20,570 nucleotides of DNA from Octopus sinensis (taxonomy: Eukaryota): the NCBI RefSeq assembly GCF_006345805.1, contig NW_021823899.1, positions 1 to 20,570 on the forward strand, read 5' to 3'. The position numbers and the translations under genes are program-made. A model generated the notes under the pieces. It did not search any database. It was given only the letters and a program-made list of their open reading frames with translations, and was not told where the DNA came from. The number at the start of each line of letters is the position of its first letter. Positions within the stretch are counted from its first letter, which is position 1. Shown here piece after piece: positions 19,636 through 20,570 of this stretch.

Positions 19636-20570
19636 TCATATATATATCGTTGCTAGTATGTTAACCTGTTGTGTGTCCGAATTTGGCCAAAATCGTTTTT
19701 TTTTCAATATTTATTTTTGCATCGAATAGCAGGTTCTTTTGGTCAAACTATCGTATCTCCAGCTGCTTCTGATGCCAAGATATCAAAAACTGTCAGAGCG
19801 CAGTACAACGATTTTGGTAAGGAAAGGTGAAACTGTTTTTTCGTTTTCTGAAAAAGCAACGCTTTGGACTTACGACACTTTTGCATAATAGCAACGATAT
19901 ATAGAAAAAAAGAATGAAAAGGCAAAGCATGTGATATAACTTTAGAAATTACATACATACAGCCACACACACACACACTCACATACACAGACACACACAT
20001 ACACAGACAGGCACACAGACACACATACACACACACACAGGCACACACAAAGACACACAGACATAGGCACACAGACGCACACGCAGACACATGGAGACAC
20101 ACACACACACACACGCACGTATATATAATTTATGTTAAAATTAAGAGATGAAGAGGTATTTTTTAAAAGTGCTACTGCCGTGTGCACGTGAGAGTGTGTA
20201 TATACGCGTGAGTGTGTCCGTCTGTGTTTATCCATGTGTACGTGAGAGAGAAAGAGAGAAATAGAGAGAGTGAGAGAGAGGGAAAGAGAGAAACAGAGCG
20301 AGAGAGAGAGAGAGAAATAGAGTGAAAGTGTGAGTGCGTGTGTGTGTGCGCGTGGATGTATGTATGTCTATCATATTCGTTCCTATATTTCTGTGTGTGT
20401 TTGTGTGCGTATGAACGAAAGTGTTTGCATGTGAATGCATGCGTTTGTGCGCATGTGTGGTGTGGAGGTAACTCTAAATAGCCAGTCCACATCATCAACC
20501 AAAATAGATCAATAGACGATTCCAAAAAAAAAGGAAACGTTTTTTTTTATATCAGCATTCAACAGAATAT

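Noticed and set aside
19690-19950. Faint mariner-like resemblance on the minus strand (PFLTKIV)
   Set aside because: No DDD motif or TIR recognisable; unresolved
1-20570. Most ORFs in the supplied track (poly-YI, CV, HT, poly-I/M/V/T)
   Set aside because: Translations of di-, tri- and tetranucleotide microsatellites that lack stop codons by composition

Overview
Non-coding, AT-rich, microsatellite-saturated eukaryotic DNA. The SINE and LINE families match those I recall from octopod cephalopods (inference, not a database result). I find no host protein-coding gene, and nearly all listed ORFs are microsatellite artefacts. The window holds tRNA-derived SINEs, a short RTE-like non-autonomous element, decayed R4/Dong-like LINE pieces (RT and restriction-like endonuclease) stacked in (AAT)n, and a probable LINE RNase H remnant. 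The most interesting part is 8.5-11.2 kb, a cluster of hammerhead-ribozyme (HHR) repeats with Penelope-like or retrozyme-like architecture. (i) A ~360-bp head-to-tail repeat with an inverted partial copy carries a minimal HHR with a U3-A8 variant core at the tip of a long hairpin. (ii) A second family, present as a ~485-bp palindrome plus a diverged solo copy, carries a type I HHR whose stem II appears expanded into a branched ~58-nt domain. All ribozyme calls are manual secondary-structure readings and are untested.
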